A stretch of 64,000 bases of DNA from Bacteroidales bacterium (lineage in GTDB: Bacteria > Bacteroidota > Bacteroidia > Bacteroidales > PUMT01). The first letter of the stretch is position 1, and the number at the start of each line of letters is the position of its first letter. The notes under the pieces are model-generated. The model did not search any database, was not told the origin of the DNA, and saw nothing but the letters and a program-made list of their open reading frames with translations. The position numbers and the translations under genes are program-made. This document shows positions 40,159 to 50,535 of this stretch, piece after piece. The stretch lies in the NCBI GenBank assembly GCA_007132225.1, contig SLPB01000071.1, forward strand, positions 13,811-77,810, in the 5' to 3' direction.

Positions 40159-40176
40159 CAGAAAACAACAGCAGCC

Positions 40177-40749
40177 ATGGAATATATTGCAATTGTATTG
40201 TCAGCCATACTGGTTAATAACATAGTACTGGCACAATTTCTCGGACTTTGTCCCTTTTTCGGGGTATCAAACAAAATATCCACCGCCGCAGGTATGGGTG
40301 GCGCCGTCTTATTTGTAATGACAGTTGCCGCTATAGTCACCTACCTGATATCACACTACATTCTTATTCCCTATGACCTTATTTACCTGAGGACCGTTAC
40401 CTATATCCTGGTAATCTCTTCCCTGGTGCAGATGGTGGAGATCATCCTCAAAAAAGTCAGTCCCCCGCTCTACCAGGCACTCGGGATATTCCTGCCACTG
40501 ATGACCACCAACTGTGCAATTCTCGGTGTGGCGATACTGGTAATTCAACAGGAACACACTCTTATTAGCGGGGTGGTTTTTGCAATTGCACACGCCATAG
40601 GCTTTACCCTCGCACTTGTTATACTTGGAGGTATCCGCGAGCAGCTGGAGCTTCTGAATGTACCCAAAGGTATGAGAGGCAACCCGGTAATACTGGTTGC
40701 TGCCGGATTGCTGGCAATGGCTTTTATGGGATTTGCGGGTATTGTCTGA
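40177..40749 (+). CDS. rnfA: Rnf complex subunit A
   Basis: NNIVLAQFLGLCPFFGVS, LGIFLPLMTTNCAILG, GIRE, MAFMGF. Confidence 0.97.
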   Translation: MEYIAIVLSAILVNNIVLAQFLGLCPFFGVSNKISTAAGMGGAVLFVMTVAAIVTYLISHYILIPYDLIYLRTVTYILVISSLVQMVEIILKKVSPPLYQALGIFLPLMTTNCAILGVAILVIQQEHTLISGVVFAIAHAIGFTLALVILGGIREQLELLNVPKGMRGNPVILVAAGLLAMAFMGFAGIV

Positions 40750-40906
40750 CCGAAAAACTACTGTGTTTTCCATATAGCGATAAAAGTCTGTCGTCAATTA
40801 TTCAGGTTGGTTCCTGTATTTAAAGACTTCATTATATCAGGTTTGCCGGAATTGTTAGAATAATATTATTACCTTTATATTACCATATTAACAAAATCAT
40901 TCCGGC

Positions 40907-41626
40907 ATGCCGTTAAAAGTTATAAATATTGCAGCATTCGTGATTATGGTTTTTATGAACTACCTGGCAAACGCCATGCCCCTGGGTGGTAAAACCACCG
41001 GTGAGCTTTCAGCTCAGTATCCCAACCTTTTCGTGCCTGCAGGAATAACCTTTTCCATATGGGGAATCATCTATCTTCTGCTGCTTGGATTTGTCGTATT
41101 ACAGTTCAGAGAAGAAAACAGGGACATGGTAAATGCAATGGGCTGGTTGTTCGCCTTTAGCTGCATACTAAATTCTTTGTGGATACTGGCCTGGCACTAT
41201 GAAAACCTGGCTTTATCACTGATTATCATGCTGCTGCTGTTGTTAACGCTGATAATGATCAATTACAGGCTCACCCCGTATGAGGGGGGGGTAACCAAAG
41301 CTGCTTTCGGAATATACCTGGGATGGATATGCATAGCAACCATTGCCAATGTTACGGCCATTCTGGTATCGGTTAACTGGCAGGGATGGGGCATCTCCAA
41401 TGAGGTGTGGGCAGTGGTGATGGTACTGGCGGGAACGGTTATCACATTATTTATACTTAAAACCTACCGGAATCCCTTCACAGGCATTGCTGTAATCTGG
41501 GCACTTGCAGGCATTATGATTGCAAGGTGGCCCGACCACAAACCGATCCTGGTCATGGCAGGAATATCAATAATTGCTATTGCCGTTATCTCTTTTATTG
41601 TCACATTCCGTAATTTATCTGCCTGA
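40907..41626 (+). CDS. TspO/MBR-related multi-TM tryptophan-rich membrane protein
   Basis: NYLANAMPLGG, FVPAGITFSIWGIIY, IYLGWICIATIAN, about 8 hydrophobic segments. Confidence 0.75.
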   Translation: MPLKVINIAAFVIMVFMNYLANAMPLGGKTTGELSAQYPNLFVPAGITFSIWGIIYLLLLGFVVLQFREENRDMVNAMGWLFAFSCILNSLWILAWHYENLALSLIIMLLLLLTLIMINYRLTPYEGGVTKAAFGIYLGWICIATIANVTAILVSVNWQGWGISNEVWAVVMVLAGTVITLFILKTYRNPFTGIAVIWALAGIMIARWPDHKPILVMAGISIIAIAVISFIVTFRNLSA

Positions 41627-41699
41627 TATTATACATGTCATCAAAATAAAGCCTCATTATATTACCCGAAATTATTGCTTAATAAACAACTTTATTCTA

Positions 41700-43007
41700 A
41701 TGAGACATTCGTTAACTATTCCCTTTCTCTCTTTAATTGTTTTATTATATTCCTGTGACGGAAGTTTAAACACAAATACAGACGGTTCAGGACAACTTGC
41801 TGATATTTCTGCTGCAGATGCCGGCTTTAATGAGAAGAATATTTCTGCGCTGGACAGCCTTTTTAATGATTACATTGCCAGCCAGGCTATCGCTTCAGCT
41901 GAGATAATGGTAGTGAAAAACGGGGGCATTGCGTACCATAAATCCTTTTCCCCTGCAGGAGTATGCAAAGGGCGTGATTCGATATACAGGATAATGTCAA
42001 TGACCAAGGCCATAACCAGCGTGGCAGCAATGCAGCTTTATGAGCAGGGAAGATTTCTGCTGGATGACCACATAGAAAATTATATTCCCGAATTTAAGAA
42101 TATGCAGGTGCTGCAGTCTGTAAATCATTCCGACAGCACATACACTTCTGTCCCCGCTCAACGAAAGATCACCATACGTGATCTGCTGAGGCATACCAGC
42201 GGACTGGCTTACAGCTTCAGCTCTCCGGAGATGCAGATAATATATCCAAGGGAGGGTGTTGTGGAGGCATTTGCAGTTGGCGGGGAGGTTAATACCCTTG
42301 CCGATAATATGCGAGTACTTGGTAATGTACCTCTTGTTCATGAACCGGGCACCATGTATACATATGGAGTGAGCACCGATGTGCTTGGTTACCTTATTGA
42401 GGTGATTTCCGGTCAGAGCTTTGATGAATACCTTAAGGAGCATATCTTTGAACCCCTGGGAATGGAAGACAGCTACTTTTTTGTTCCTGAAGAGAAAGCC
42501 GGCAGACTGGCAAAAGTTTATGCAAACACTGAAGATAAACCAATCGTTAAAATGGAGCCTTCATTGATAACGGAGTACCAAACCATGACCGGAGGGAAAT
42601 TCTTTTCAGGCGGTGCCGGCCTTTGTACCACCGCCAAAGATTATGCGATCTTTTTGCAGATGCTCCTCAACGGTGGCAAATTTGGCGAAGCAAGGCTCCT
42701 GGGGACAAAAACCATAGACCTGATGGTTACAAACCAGCTGGCAGGCATCAATCCGCCGGCAGATAATGGCGGACCGGGTGAGAGAACATTTGCTTTCGGA
42801 CTGGGGTTCGAACTGGGCACAGACTATTCATACAGAAAAAGGCCTGGCTCACTCCAAAGATATTCCTGGGGGGGCGCACTTAGCACAACTTTCTGGTGGG
42901 ATAAAGAAAATGACCTGGCAGTGATCGGAATGATACAGATGCACCCGTTCTTCCATAGAGATATGTGGAGAAAAATGGAGGTGATCATCTACGGGGCAGT
43001 TATCTGA
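41700..43007 (+). CDS. Serine hydrolase, beta-lactamase class C-like, lipoprotein
   Basis: Likely start ATG 41700 (MRHS...LLYSC lipobox); SxxK motif SMTK, ITIRDLLRHTSG, EPGTMYTYG, WGGA. Confidence 0.88.
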   Translation: MRHSLTIPFLSLIVLLYSCDGSLNTNTDGSGQLADISAADAGFNEKNISALDSLFNDYIASQAIASAEIMVVKNGGIAYHKSFSPAGVCKGRDSIYRIMSMTKAITSVAAMQLYEQGRFLLDDHIENYIPEFKNMQVLQSVNHSDSTYTSVPAQRKITIRDLLRHTSGLAYSFSSPEMQIIYPREGVVEAFAVGGEVNTLADNMRVLGNVPLVHEPGTMYTYGVSTDVLGYLIEVISGQSFDEYLKEHIFEPLGMEDSYFFVPEEKAGRLAKVYANTEDKPIVKMEPSLITEYQTMTGGKFFSGGAGLCTTAKDYAIFLQMLLNGGKFGEARLLGTKTIDLMVTNQLAGINPPADNGGPGERTFAFGLGFELGTDYSYRKRPGSLQRYSWGGALSTTFWWDKENDLAVIGMIQMHPFFHRDMWRKMEVIIYGAVI

Positions 43008-43611
43008 CATAAAAATCCAGCAGCATCTCTTCATTCAGGAAAGCCTGCAGCCTGTCCCCCACCCTTACCGGTCCGACCCCGGCCGGAGTACCTGTAAATA
43101 TAAGGTCACCTATCTTAAGGGTAATAAATTTTGAGATATATGATATTATACGGTCAAAGGAAAATATCATCTCAGAGGAATTTCCTTTTTGAACGGTAGA
43201 ACCGTTTATATCAAGACGCATCGATATATTTCCGGGATCAGGAATACTCTTTACAGGAACAAATTTACCCAGGGGAGCAGAATTATCAAATGCCTTGGCT
43301 ATTTCCCAGGGCAACCCCTTTTTCTTACACTTCCCCTGGAGATCCCGTGCTGTAAAATCAATACCCAACCCTATCTCACTGAAATACCGGTGCGCAAACT
43401 TTTGGTCAATATGGCGCCCTAACCGATTTATCTTCAGCACTATTTCAACTTCATGATCTATTTCTTCCGAGAAGGCGGGGTAGAAAAAGGGTTTGTTGTT
43501 CAACACAAGGGCAGTGTCAGGCTTCAAAAAAAAAACAGGCTGCTCAGGAAGAGGGTTATCCAACTCCCTGGCATGATCGGCATAATTCCTTCCAATACAA
43601 ATTATCTTCAT
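43000..43611 (-). CDS. Fumarylacetoacetate hydrolase-family protein
   Basis: KIICIGRNYADHA, FFLKPD, DHEVE, DFTARDLQ, WEIAKAFD, GDLIFTGTPAGVG. Confidence 0.95.
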   Translation of the reverse strand: MKIICIGRNYADHARELDNPLPEQPVFFLKPDTALVLNNKPFFYPAFSEEIDHEVEIVLKINRLGRHIDQKFAHRYFSEIGLGIDFTARDLQGKCKKKGLPWEIAKAFDNSAPLGKFVPVKSIPDPGNISMRLDINGSTVQKGNSSEMIFSFDRIISYISKFITLKIGDLIFTGTPAGVGPVRVGDRLQAFLNEEMLLDFYVR

Positions 43612-43695
43612 TACCTGCCTGCTGTTATACCCAAAGCTCCGTGCCCGGGAGGATGTTCAATTGACAGAAACCGGGGGTGGAGGGTTGAACAAATA

Positions 43696-44463
43696 CTATT
43701 TATTGAACTTTCTTAATTTGATGCTGGTAAGCACTTTCTTGGTATACATGGGAAAGTCTGCATTCATTATCCAGCCGTAATAACCAGGATCCTTATCCAA
43801 CACAACCTCAACAGGAATCCCCTTGTATTTGCCGAAATTTATAACTTCCACATCCTGATCATTATAAATAATACGACCCATATAATCGACATTCCTGTTA
43901 TGAGATGAAAACATCGACAGACTGTCAACATCATTTTTCAGGTCATCATACCTGTCAAGCTGGGCCTGAAGCACCTCATAGGTTGCCCGGGTATCTGCCT
44001 CAGCGCTGTGGGCATTCTCAATATCCTTGTTGCAATAAAAGCGATAGGCGGCAGCAAGGTTACGCTGCTCCATTTTCATAAAAATGACCATCACATCAAT
44101 GAACTTGCGCTTTTTCATATCAAAATCAACACTTGTCCGCAGAAACTCTTCAGCCAGCAACGGGATGTCAAACTTATTGGAGTTAAACCCGGCAAAATCA
44201 CATCCCTCAAATTCATTGGCAAGAGTTTGTGCAATTTGCTGAAATGAGGGTTTATCCTTAATATCATCATCATAAATGCCATGAACAGCTGAAGCTTCCG
44301 GAGGAATGGGTATACCCGGATTCACCAGCCATGTTTTAGTTTCTTCCTTTCCCTCAGGAAAAACCTTAAGATAAGATAATTCAACAATACGGTCCTTGAC
44401 TACATCAATACCTGTGGTTTCAAGATCAAAGAAGATGATCGGGTTGTTAAGTTTGAGTTTCAA
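43696..44463 (-). CDS. DEDDh 3'-5' exonuclease (Pol III epsilon-like)
   Basis: ExoI FFDLETTG, ExoII GFNSNKFD, ExoIII HSAEADT. Likely start TTG at 44463; the ORF track gives 44505. Confidence 0.9.
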   Translation of the reverse strand: MKLKLNNPIIFFDLETTGIDVVKDRIVELSYLKVFPEGKEETKTWLVNPGIPIPPEASAVHGIYDDDIKDKPSFQQIAQTLANEFEGCDFAGFNSNKFDIPLLAEEFLRTSVDFDMKKRKFIDVMVIFMKMEQRNLAAAYRFYCNKDIENAHSAEADTRATYEVLQAQLDRYDDLKNDVDSLSMFSSHNRNVDYMGRIIYNDQDVEVINFGKYKGIPVEVVLDKDPGYYGWIMNADFPMYTKKVLTSIKLRKFNK

Positions 44464-44513
44464 AATAGACTGGGATTTAAAGGTCGTGTAATCTCGGAAT
44501 GACAATGAACTTC

Positions 44514-45644
44514 TCAGACATTAATCATCATGGGCATCAATAACATTAAAAGATCTTCATCATCACTTTCTTTTTCAAGCGGCAATAACAATCCTGCCCT
44601 GGAAGGATCACTAAGCTCCATAACAATCTCTCCGGAAGGCAAATTATTGAGAATTTCAATCAAAAAGGTTGATTTGAACCCGATTTCCATTTCATCTCCT
44701 TCATACTGACATTGCAGCTTTTCATAGGCGGATATGCTAAAGTCAATATCCTGTGCTGAAACATTAAGCTGATTTGATCCAAGTTCCAGCTTAACCAGGT
44801 TACTTGCCTGACTTGAAAAAACTGAAACACGGCGTAAACTGTTTATTATATCCAGCCGGTCAATTATAAGTTTGTTAGGATTGTCAGATGGAATAACCGA
44901 ACTGTAATTGGGATAATTGCCTTCAACCAGGCGGCTCACCAGATGGTAATCTGACAATGAAAAAATTGCATTCTTATCATCAAACTCGATAACAACATCA
45001 TTTTTTTCCCGGGCGAGAATATTTTTAAGAAGAGATGCAGGCTTTTTTGGTAATATAAATGATGACTCGGACTCGGTTCTAACATCAAACCTTTTATACC
45101 GTACAAGCTTATGCGCATCAGAGGCAACAAAAGTCATGTTTTCGGGAGAGAAATCCAGGAATATGCCATTCATCACAGGCCTGAGCTCATCATCGGCAGA
45201 AGCAAAGATAGTTTTGGAGATACCATTTAGCAGTACTTCCGCACTCATTCTGACGGTAACTTTAACATCATCCTTTAGCAACGGATACTGGGGAAAATCC
45301 TCTCCATTTTGACCGACTATGTTAAATTTACCATTCTCCGAGCTGATTACAACAGCATAATTCTCCAATGATATTTCAAAACTAAGGGGCTGTTCAGGAA
45401 ACTCTTTTAAGGTATCGGTAAGTATTTTGGCAGGAATGGCTATAAGGCCCTCACCGGATATATTATCAAGTTTCATCCTTGTTGTAAGAGTAGACTCCAG
45501 GTCAGAGGCGGTTATAACCAGCTCATTATCCTGAAGCTTAAATAAAAAATTATCCAAAATGGGCAAGGTGTTTTTACTGCTTATAACCCTGCTGACAGCC
45601 TGCAGGTGATTAAGCAGATCAGAGCTGGAGATAACAAACTTCAT
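44514..45644 (-). CDS. dnaN: DNA polymerase III beta sliding clamp
   Basis: KNTLPILDNFLF, ASDLE, DELRPVMNG, VASDAHKL, LVEGNYPNY, LLMPM. Confidence 0.98.
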   Translation of the reverse strand: MKFVISSSDLLNHLQAVSRVISSKNTLPILDNFLFKLQDNELVITASDLESTLTTRMKLDNISGEGLIAIPAKILTDTLKEFPEQPLSFEISLENYAVVISSENGKFNIVGQNGEDFPQYPLLKDDVKVTVRMSAEVLLNGISKTIFASADDELRPVMNGIFLDFSPENMTFVASDAHKLVRYKRFDVRTESESSFILPKKPASLLKNILAREKNDVVIEFDDKNAIFSLSDYHLVSRLVEGNYPNYSSVIPSDNPNKLIIDRLDIINSLRRVSVFSSQASNLVKLELGSNQLNVSAQDIDFSISAYEKLQCQYEGDEMEIGFKSTFLIEILNNLPSGEIVMELSDPSRAGLLLPLEKESDDEDLLMLLMPMMINV

Positions 45645-45820
45645 AGAAAATGATTTAGTTATATTAGTACATTATATAAGAAACATTTAACTTCTTTGTC
45701 TTTTAGCACTTTATGGCTGGAATTGCAAAGATCAATAATACGAAAAAAAATCAACCTGAACAATATAGAATGACCTGCAAATGATAATCAGTGGCCAAAA
45801 ATTTTTAAATTACTATCCGG

Positions 45821-46804
45821 CTACCGGTAAAAGTATGAATAAGTGCGTAATAGCAGGTCCACTGAATGATAAGTAACAACTATCATGTCGTTTTTATCAT
45901 TAATCAGGGCATGAAGTCTGAATATATCATAATCAGGAGCACCGGATCCTTCGCCGGCATCAAGTATAATCTTATGAAAAAACACTTCTGAAACTTCACC
46001 ATCCCTGTCGGTTACCCTTATCATATGATCAGCTTTGGATTTCTTCAGGGAATCCATTAGTAATATCTCTTCAGCCCTGGCAAGCCGTTCATAGGGAACA
46101 TAGAAAAAATTGGCAAGATACCTTATAGCCAGGGAATCATTTAATTTCTCACCGGGTTCACCTTCCGGGTAATCATACAGACTGAATTTGTTTTCCGGGG
46201 TCTGGCTTAGGAGAAAAGAACCTCCGGGATTATCCCTGTGTTTGACAAACACTTCAGCAATATCATCCGGTTTATAATTAAATAGCATATTGGTTCTCCA
46301 ATGCCCCTCATCTGAAACGAAAAGTGAGGCTACATGACCGCTGAACCCAATAACTTCTGCTTCAAAAGCCCGTGTCGAACCTTGTGCAATAATGTATGTG
46401 GGTGATGATTCATCTTCCGAATATAAATAATAGGTTCTGGACCGCCGGCCTTTATGAATATCGATCCGCACGGATTCATCACTTAATTTTTCAAGTAAAT
46501 CTTCCCGGCCGGAAAAGGGCGCAGGACCGCTGACCCGTATCCTTTGAAGTGTTTGCAACATCATATCCACAACCCGGGCACCTGCTTCATATTTGGAGTT
46601 TACCATCCATTTCCCATTCTCCCTTGTAAGCCTGACCTGATTATCATTATCTGTAATAATAATCGCACTTACCCTTTCACTACCGGTAATTGAAAAATCG
46701 GTACCGGTGCGCCCCAGTGTTGTCCATTCAGCCTGTTTCTGAAGGAATACCGCTAAAATAACCAGAAAGACAAACAGGATGATATGAAAACTGTACTTCT
46801 TCAT
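45821..46804 (-). CDS. DUF4340-like membrane-anchored protein downstream of gldG
   Basis: N-terminal TM; VRLTRENGKWMVNSKY; WRTNMLF; position after gldF-gldG. Confidence 0.6.
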   Translation of the reverse strand: MKKYSFHIILFVFLVILAVFLQKQAEWTTLGRTGTDFSITGSERVSAIIITDNDNQVRLTRENGKWMVNSKYEAGARVVDMMLQTLQRIRVSGPAPFSGREDLLEKLSDESVRIDIHKGRRSRTYYLYSEDESSPTYIIAQGSTRAFEAEVIGFSGHVASLFVSDEGHWRTNMLFNYKPDDIAEVFVKHRDNPGGSFLLSQTPENKFSLYDYPEGEPGEKLNDSLAIRYLANFFYVPYERLARAEEILLMDSLKKSKADHMIRVTDRDGEVSEVFFHKIILDAGEGSGAPDYDIFRLHALINDKNDMIVVTYHSVDLLLRTYSYFYR

Positions 46805-46839
46805 TTTAAACCACTTATTTTAACAAGCAAACAGGGTAA

Positions 46840-48546
46840 TCAGGAGAAAAAGAATTTTTTCCTGGTCCAATTATATAAAACACCAAAAAACAAAACAAGT
46901 GCTACCGGAAGAACCATGTTAATAATTTGCCACCTGGTACGCTGCTCCCTCACTTTCGACCTGTCAAGCAACCTTAGCTGCAGCTCCCTGGTCCTTAGCG
47001 CCATCAACCCCTCTTCGTCAAGCAGGTAATTTATCGCATTCATAATAAACTCGCTATTCCCGAATGTGCGGCCCGAATACCTGTCATACCCCAAAGGTAA
47101 AGGTTCAGGCCTGCCGCCGGCAACTGTAATGTCATTTCTTATTATGTCACCGTCTGCTACTACCAGCATCCGGGTTTCTTCACCACTCTCCCTGAAAGCA
47201 GGATCATCCATTCCAATTATGCCGGATATCATCCGGTTAGTAAATAATGAAGGGAACCTGCCTTCAAGAAGAACAGCCACCGGCTGACGGGACATATTGA
47301 AATCTGCAGGAGAAAGCTCCTTTCTTGCCATATCAAGACTAACCATAAGCGGAGCATTAAGCACCCGTGTATGCCTGGAGGAATGCAACAGCACTTCCCG
47401 GCTGACTGATGAACTGGTGGCAACAGTATCTATCACACTGGCAAATTCGGACTTAACATAAGTAAGTCCCTTTGTTACAGGATGGTTGTCGTTTCCGGCA
47501 AGAAGCGGAGAAAAATACCATGGTGCCGGCACAAATCTTGCCTCTTCGCCGGCAAGGGCAACATTAAGCGGGATAAGCAGGCAGTTCCTATCCATAACCA
47601 GGTTGGGATTAAGCCTTACTCCATAGCGGAAAAGCTGATCGTCGAGGTTCAGATCATTAATAAGTGCTATTGCCTCGCTTGCATAAGTAAGACTATCCAG
47701 GTCGATTGAAACCGGATCTATAAACCACATTACACGTCCGCCTTTCATTATGTACTGGTCTATGACATATTTTTCGACTTCAGAGAAGGGATGCAAAGGT
47801 TTTGCAATTATTAATGCATGATAATCATCGAGGCTCTGCAAATTCCTGCCGTCAATTTGTCCCCGATAAATATCATAAGAGCGGGAGATTACACTGCTTA
47901 TTCCCGAAACCAGAAGCTCATCAAGCTCCCCGTGACCTTCCAGGAAAGCAATTTTTTTTGTTTCCGGTTTTATTAATGACTGCAACGAGCTGATAAGTTC
48001 ATATTCGAGCCCCTGTACTGAATTGTTAAGATTCTCTTCAGCCTGCAGGGATGGATTGTTTCTGAGCAGGTTGACAGGCATCTCCATTCCTTTGTAGGAT
48101 ATGATAGCTCCCGGGAAAACAAGTTTTTGAGACCTGCCTCCTCCCCTTTCTGTAATATCAATATTGGTTGGCCTCAGGCCCTTATCATGCAATTGCACAA
48201 AAAGGTCTTCCCGGACTGCATTATCATCGATACCCGAGGGATCGATGAACTCATAATGAATATGGTGTCTGGATACCACCCTGAATTCATCAAGCATCTC
48301 CCTTATTGCGGTCCTCATCCTCCTGAACCCGACTGGAAGGTCCCCGTCCAGGTAAACTCTCACATAAACCACCTCGTCCAGATCTCCGAGTATATTGTGT
48401 GTGGCTGGTGACAGTGTATAACGTTTGTCAGAAGTCAGATCCAGTCTCAGGAAGAACTGATTGGAAATTATGCATATCAAAATAATTGAAGCCAGCAATA
48501 AAGCAAGTCTTATAATCTGTTGTTTTTTATAAACCTTTTTATCCAT
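46840..48546 (-). CDS. gldG: GldG, ABC transporter auxiliary component
   Basis: RLDLTSDKRYTLS, VRVYLDGDLP, LEYELIS, IAFLEGHGEL, IDQYIMKGG, PLGYDRY, N..FIMNAINYL. Confidence 0.92.
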   Translation of the reverse strand: MDKKVYKKQQIIRLALLLASIILICIISNQFFLRLDLTSDKRYTLSPATHNILGDLDEVVYVRVYLDGDLPVGFRRMRTAIREMLDEFRVVSRHHIHYEFIDPSGIDDNAVREDLFVQLHDKGLRPTNIDITERGGGRSQKLVFPGAIISYKGMEMPVNLLRNNPSLQAEENLNNSVQGLEYELISSLQSLIKPETKKIAFLEGHGELDELLVSGISSVISRSYDIYRGQIDGRNLQSLDDYHALIIAKPLHPFSEVEKYVIDQYIMKGGRVMWFIDPVSIDLDSLTYASEAIALINDLNLDDQLFRYGVRLNPNLVMDRNCLLIPLNVALAGEEARFVPAPWYFSPLLAGNDNHPVTKGLTYVKSEFASVIDTVATSSSVSREVLLHSSRHTRVLNAPLMVSLDMARKELSPADFNMSRQPVAVLLEGRFPSLFTNRMISGIIGMDDPAFRESGEETRMLVVADGDIIRNDITVAGGRPEPLPLGYDRYSGRTFGNSEFIMNAINYLLDEEGLMALRTRELQLRLLDRSKVREQRTRWQIINMVLPVALVLFFGVLYNWTRKKFFFS

Positions 48547-48560
48547 TATTTAAAATCTTT

Positions 48561-49292
48561 TTACCATTTTCTGCTCTGGAGTACAGTACGGGTGGAAACC
48601 AAAAAAACAGATATTAATGAAATGAAATAAACAACATCACGTGTATCCAATACCCCACGGCTTATAGAGTTGTAATGATCGTTAATACCCAGATACAATA
48701 AGAGGTTCTCCAGAAACAGATTTGCTGAAAGAGTACTTAATAGTTCAAAGCCGGTAAAAAAGAAAAAGGCAAGCAAAACAGCAACAATAAACGCAATAAT
48801 CTGATTTTCTGTAAGCGATGAGGCAAAAACCCCAATGGCAGCATAACTGCTTGCTAAAAAAAACAACCCTATATATGAACCCCATATAGCGCCTGTATCA
48901 AGGTTGCCCGGGGGACTGCCCAGCGTATAAACTGACCAGAAATACACAAGGGTCGGCACAAGGGAAATAAATACAAGTACAACGGCAGCTGTAAACTTTG
49001 CAATTACAATCTGAAGATCTGAAACAGGCCTTACAAAAAGAAGCTCCAGTGTACCAGACTTTTTCTCTTCGGCAAACATTCTCATGGTAACAGCAGGTAC
49101 TAGAAACAGGAAAACCCATGGAGCTATAATGAAAAGTGTGTCTAGAGTAGCATAACCACTGTCGGGAACATTCAGCTCACCTGGGAAAACCCAGATAAAA
49201 AGGCCATTGATGGACAGGAAAACAATAATAACAACGTAACCAATAAGTGAACTGAAAAAACTCCCGATTTCTTTTCTTATTAATGCAATCAT
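48561..49292 (-). CDS. gldF: GldF, ABC transporter permease
   Basis: MIALIRKEIGSFFSS.IGY, APWVFLFLVPAVTMR.FAEEKKSGTLELL, ISRGVLDTRD. Start taken as ATG 49292; the ORF track gives 49322. Confidence 0.93.
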   Translation of the reverse strand: MIALIRKEIGSFFSSLIGYVVIIVFLSINGLFIWVFPGELNVPDSGYATLDTLFIIAPWVFLFLVPAVTMRMFAEEKKSGTLELLFVRPVSDLQIVIAKFTAAVVLVFISLVPTLVYFWSVYTLGSPPGNLDTGAIWGSYIGLFFLASSYAAIGVFASSLTENQIIAFIVAVLLAFFFFTGFELLSTLSANLFLENLLLYLGINDHYNSISRGVLDTRDVVYFISLISVFLVSTRTVLQSRKW

Positions 49293-49323
49293 AGTAACCC
49301 TTATTATATAAAGAGACAGCATT

Positions 49324-49360
49324 GTGTTGCTGTCAGTAAAAAAGTGCTGCTGTCAGTAAA
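49324..49360. repeat. Tandem direct repeat, 17 bp x2 with a 20-bp period
   Basis: GTGTTGCTGTCAGTAAA (49324-49340) and GTGCTGCTGTCAGTAAA (49344-49360), one mismatch. Confidence 0.75.
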
Positions 49361-50510
49361 CTAAACTATCAATATCCCTCACTGAAATATCTGTGTAATA
49401 AAACTGCAAAATATCAAGAAAATTATACCCTCTGGCAGCCATTTCCATAGCACCCTCCTGGCAAAGACCTGCACCGTGCCCATAACCCTTACCCCGTATT
49501 ATAACCTCCTGGCCTGATTCTGCAATATCAATTTCAAAAAATGCGGATTTCAGGTTCCAGTCACTCCTGATCTGCCTGAGCGGAATAGAAGAATTCTCTA
49601 TCCTGTAAAAAACGCTTCTGCTTTGCTGACTGAAACAAAATATGGAAGGATCAGATAGATTGTGGCTGCCGGAAATACCCATGCTGCGGAGGTAAGACCT
49701 CCACTCATCAAGCCCGACATTTAACTTCCATTTAGCATTTTTACCGTACCGGCAATACGGGTCATGCACTGACCTGAGATATGGCCTGGATATGAGCCAG
49801 ATATCCTGCGAATTAACGGTTTGACCTCCACAGTTCGAATGAAAAGCTGCAGTGATAAGATCACCGTTTCCATAAGTAATAACTTTCCCGGAGGTTGAAC
49901 TAACCGCATCATTAATAATCCCGCTGGATGTCAGCCGGCCCTTATAAACCTGACAATGAACTTCATCACATAAATGAAAACCTTCATCCATATGCCTGTC
50001 AAGATTATTATACAAATAAGTGCGGCAAATAATTGAGTGAGCTTTATAAAACATTTCAGTTGAACTTGTTCCTGATTCAGCCTCAACCACACCCGCAAGA
50101 TAAATATCCTCATCCACTGCATTAATCATTTTAATCCGTTCATAATCCACGCTGAGATTCAGGTTTCCATAATAATACTTTTCCTGTGTTAAAGGAACCA
50201 CAGATCTGACGGTGAACCCTCCCCTGCCCTCAGCTGAAACAAGTGACACACTGGAGAAAATACCTGGGGACCCGGATAACTTGCTTAAAAACAGCTCCTC
50301 ACCTTTCATGGAAACATATAAAAGCTCATTTTTCTCTAAAACAAACAACTCCGCACCGTCAGCCTCCAGCCGGTAAGATCCTTTATCCGGAGAAATCAGA
50401 ATGGCCGAACAAGAGTGTTTATTTAAAATACTAACCAGAACAGTTTCAGAATGCAGTGAACCGCTTGTAGTCAGAAATAACAGTAACCCTAAAAAACCCT
50501 TCATTGACAT
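49353..50510 (-). CDS. SpoIID/LytB-domain protein (peptidoglycan lytic transglycosylase-like)
   Basis: YLAGVVEAE, CDEVHCQVY, AFHSNCGG, GKGYGHGAGLCQEGA, ILQFYY. Start is near MSMKG (50510/50504). Confidence 0.88.
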   Translation of the reverse strand: MSMKGFLGLLLFLTTSGSLHSETVLVSILNKHSCSAILISPDKGSYRLEADGAELFVLEKNELLYVSMKGEELFLSKLSGSPGIFSSVSLVSAEGRGGFTVRSVVPLTQEKYYYGNLNLSVDYERIKMINAVDEDIYLAGVVEAESGTSSTEMFYKAHSIICRTYLYNNLDRHMDEGFHLCDEVHCQVYKGRLTSSGIINDAVSSTSGKVITYGNGDLITAAFHSNCGGQTVNSQDIWLISRPYLRSVHDPYCRYGKNAKWKLNVGLDEWRSYLRSMGISGSHNLSDPSIFCFSQQSRSVFYRIENSSIPLRQIRSDWNLKSAFFEIDIAESGQEVIIRGKGYGHGAGLCQEGAMEMAARGYNFLDILQFYYTDISVRDIDSLVY

Positions 50511-50535
50511 AAACCATGAGTATAAATACAGTAAT

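Noticed and set aside
43654-43691. TGTTCAA...TTGAACA inverted pair between the exonuclease and FAH genes
   Set aside because: Only 7-bp arms with an unpaired interior; expected by chance.
44514-45820. Replication origin near dnaN
   Set aside because: No dnaA adjacent and no cluster of TTATCCACA boxes seen; dnaN is usually unlinked from oriC in Bacteroidota.
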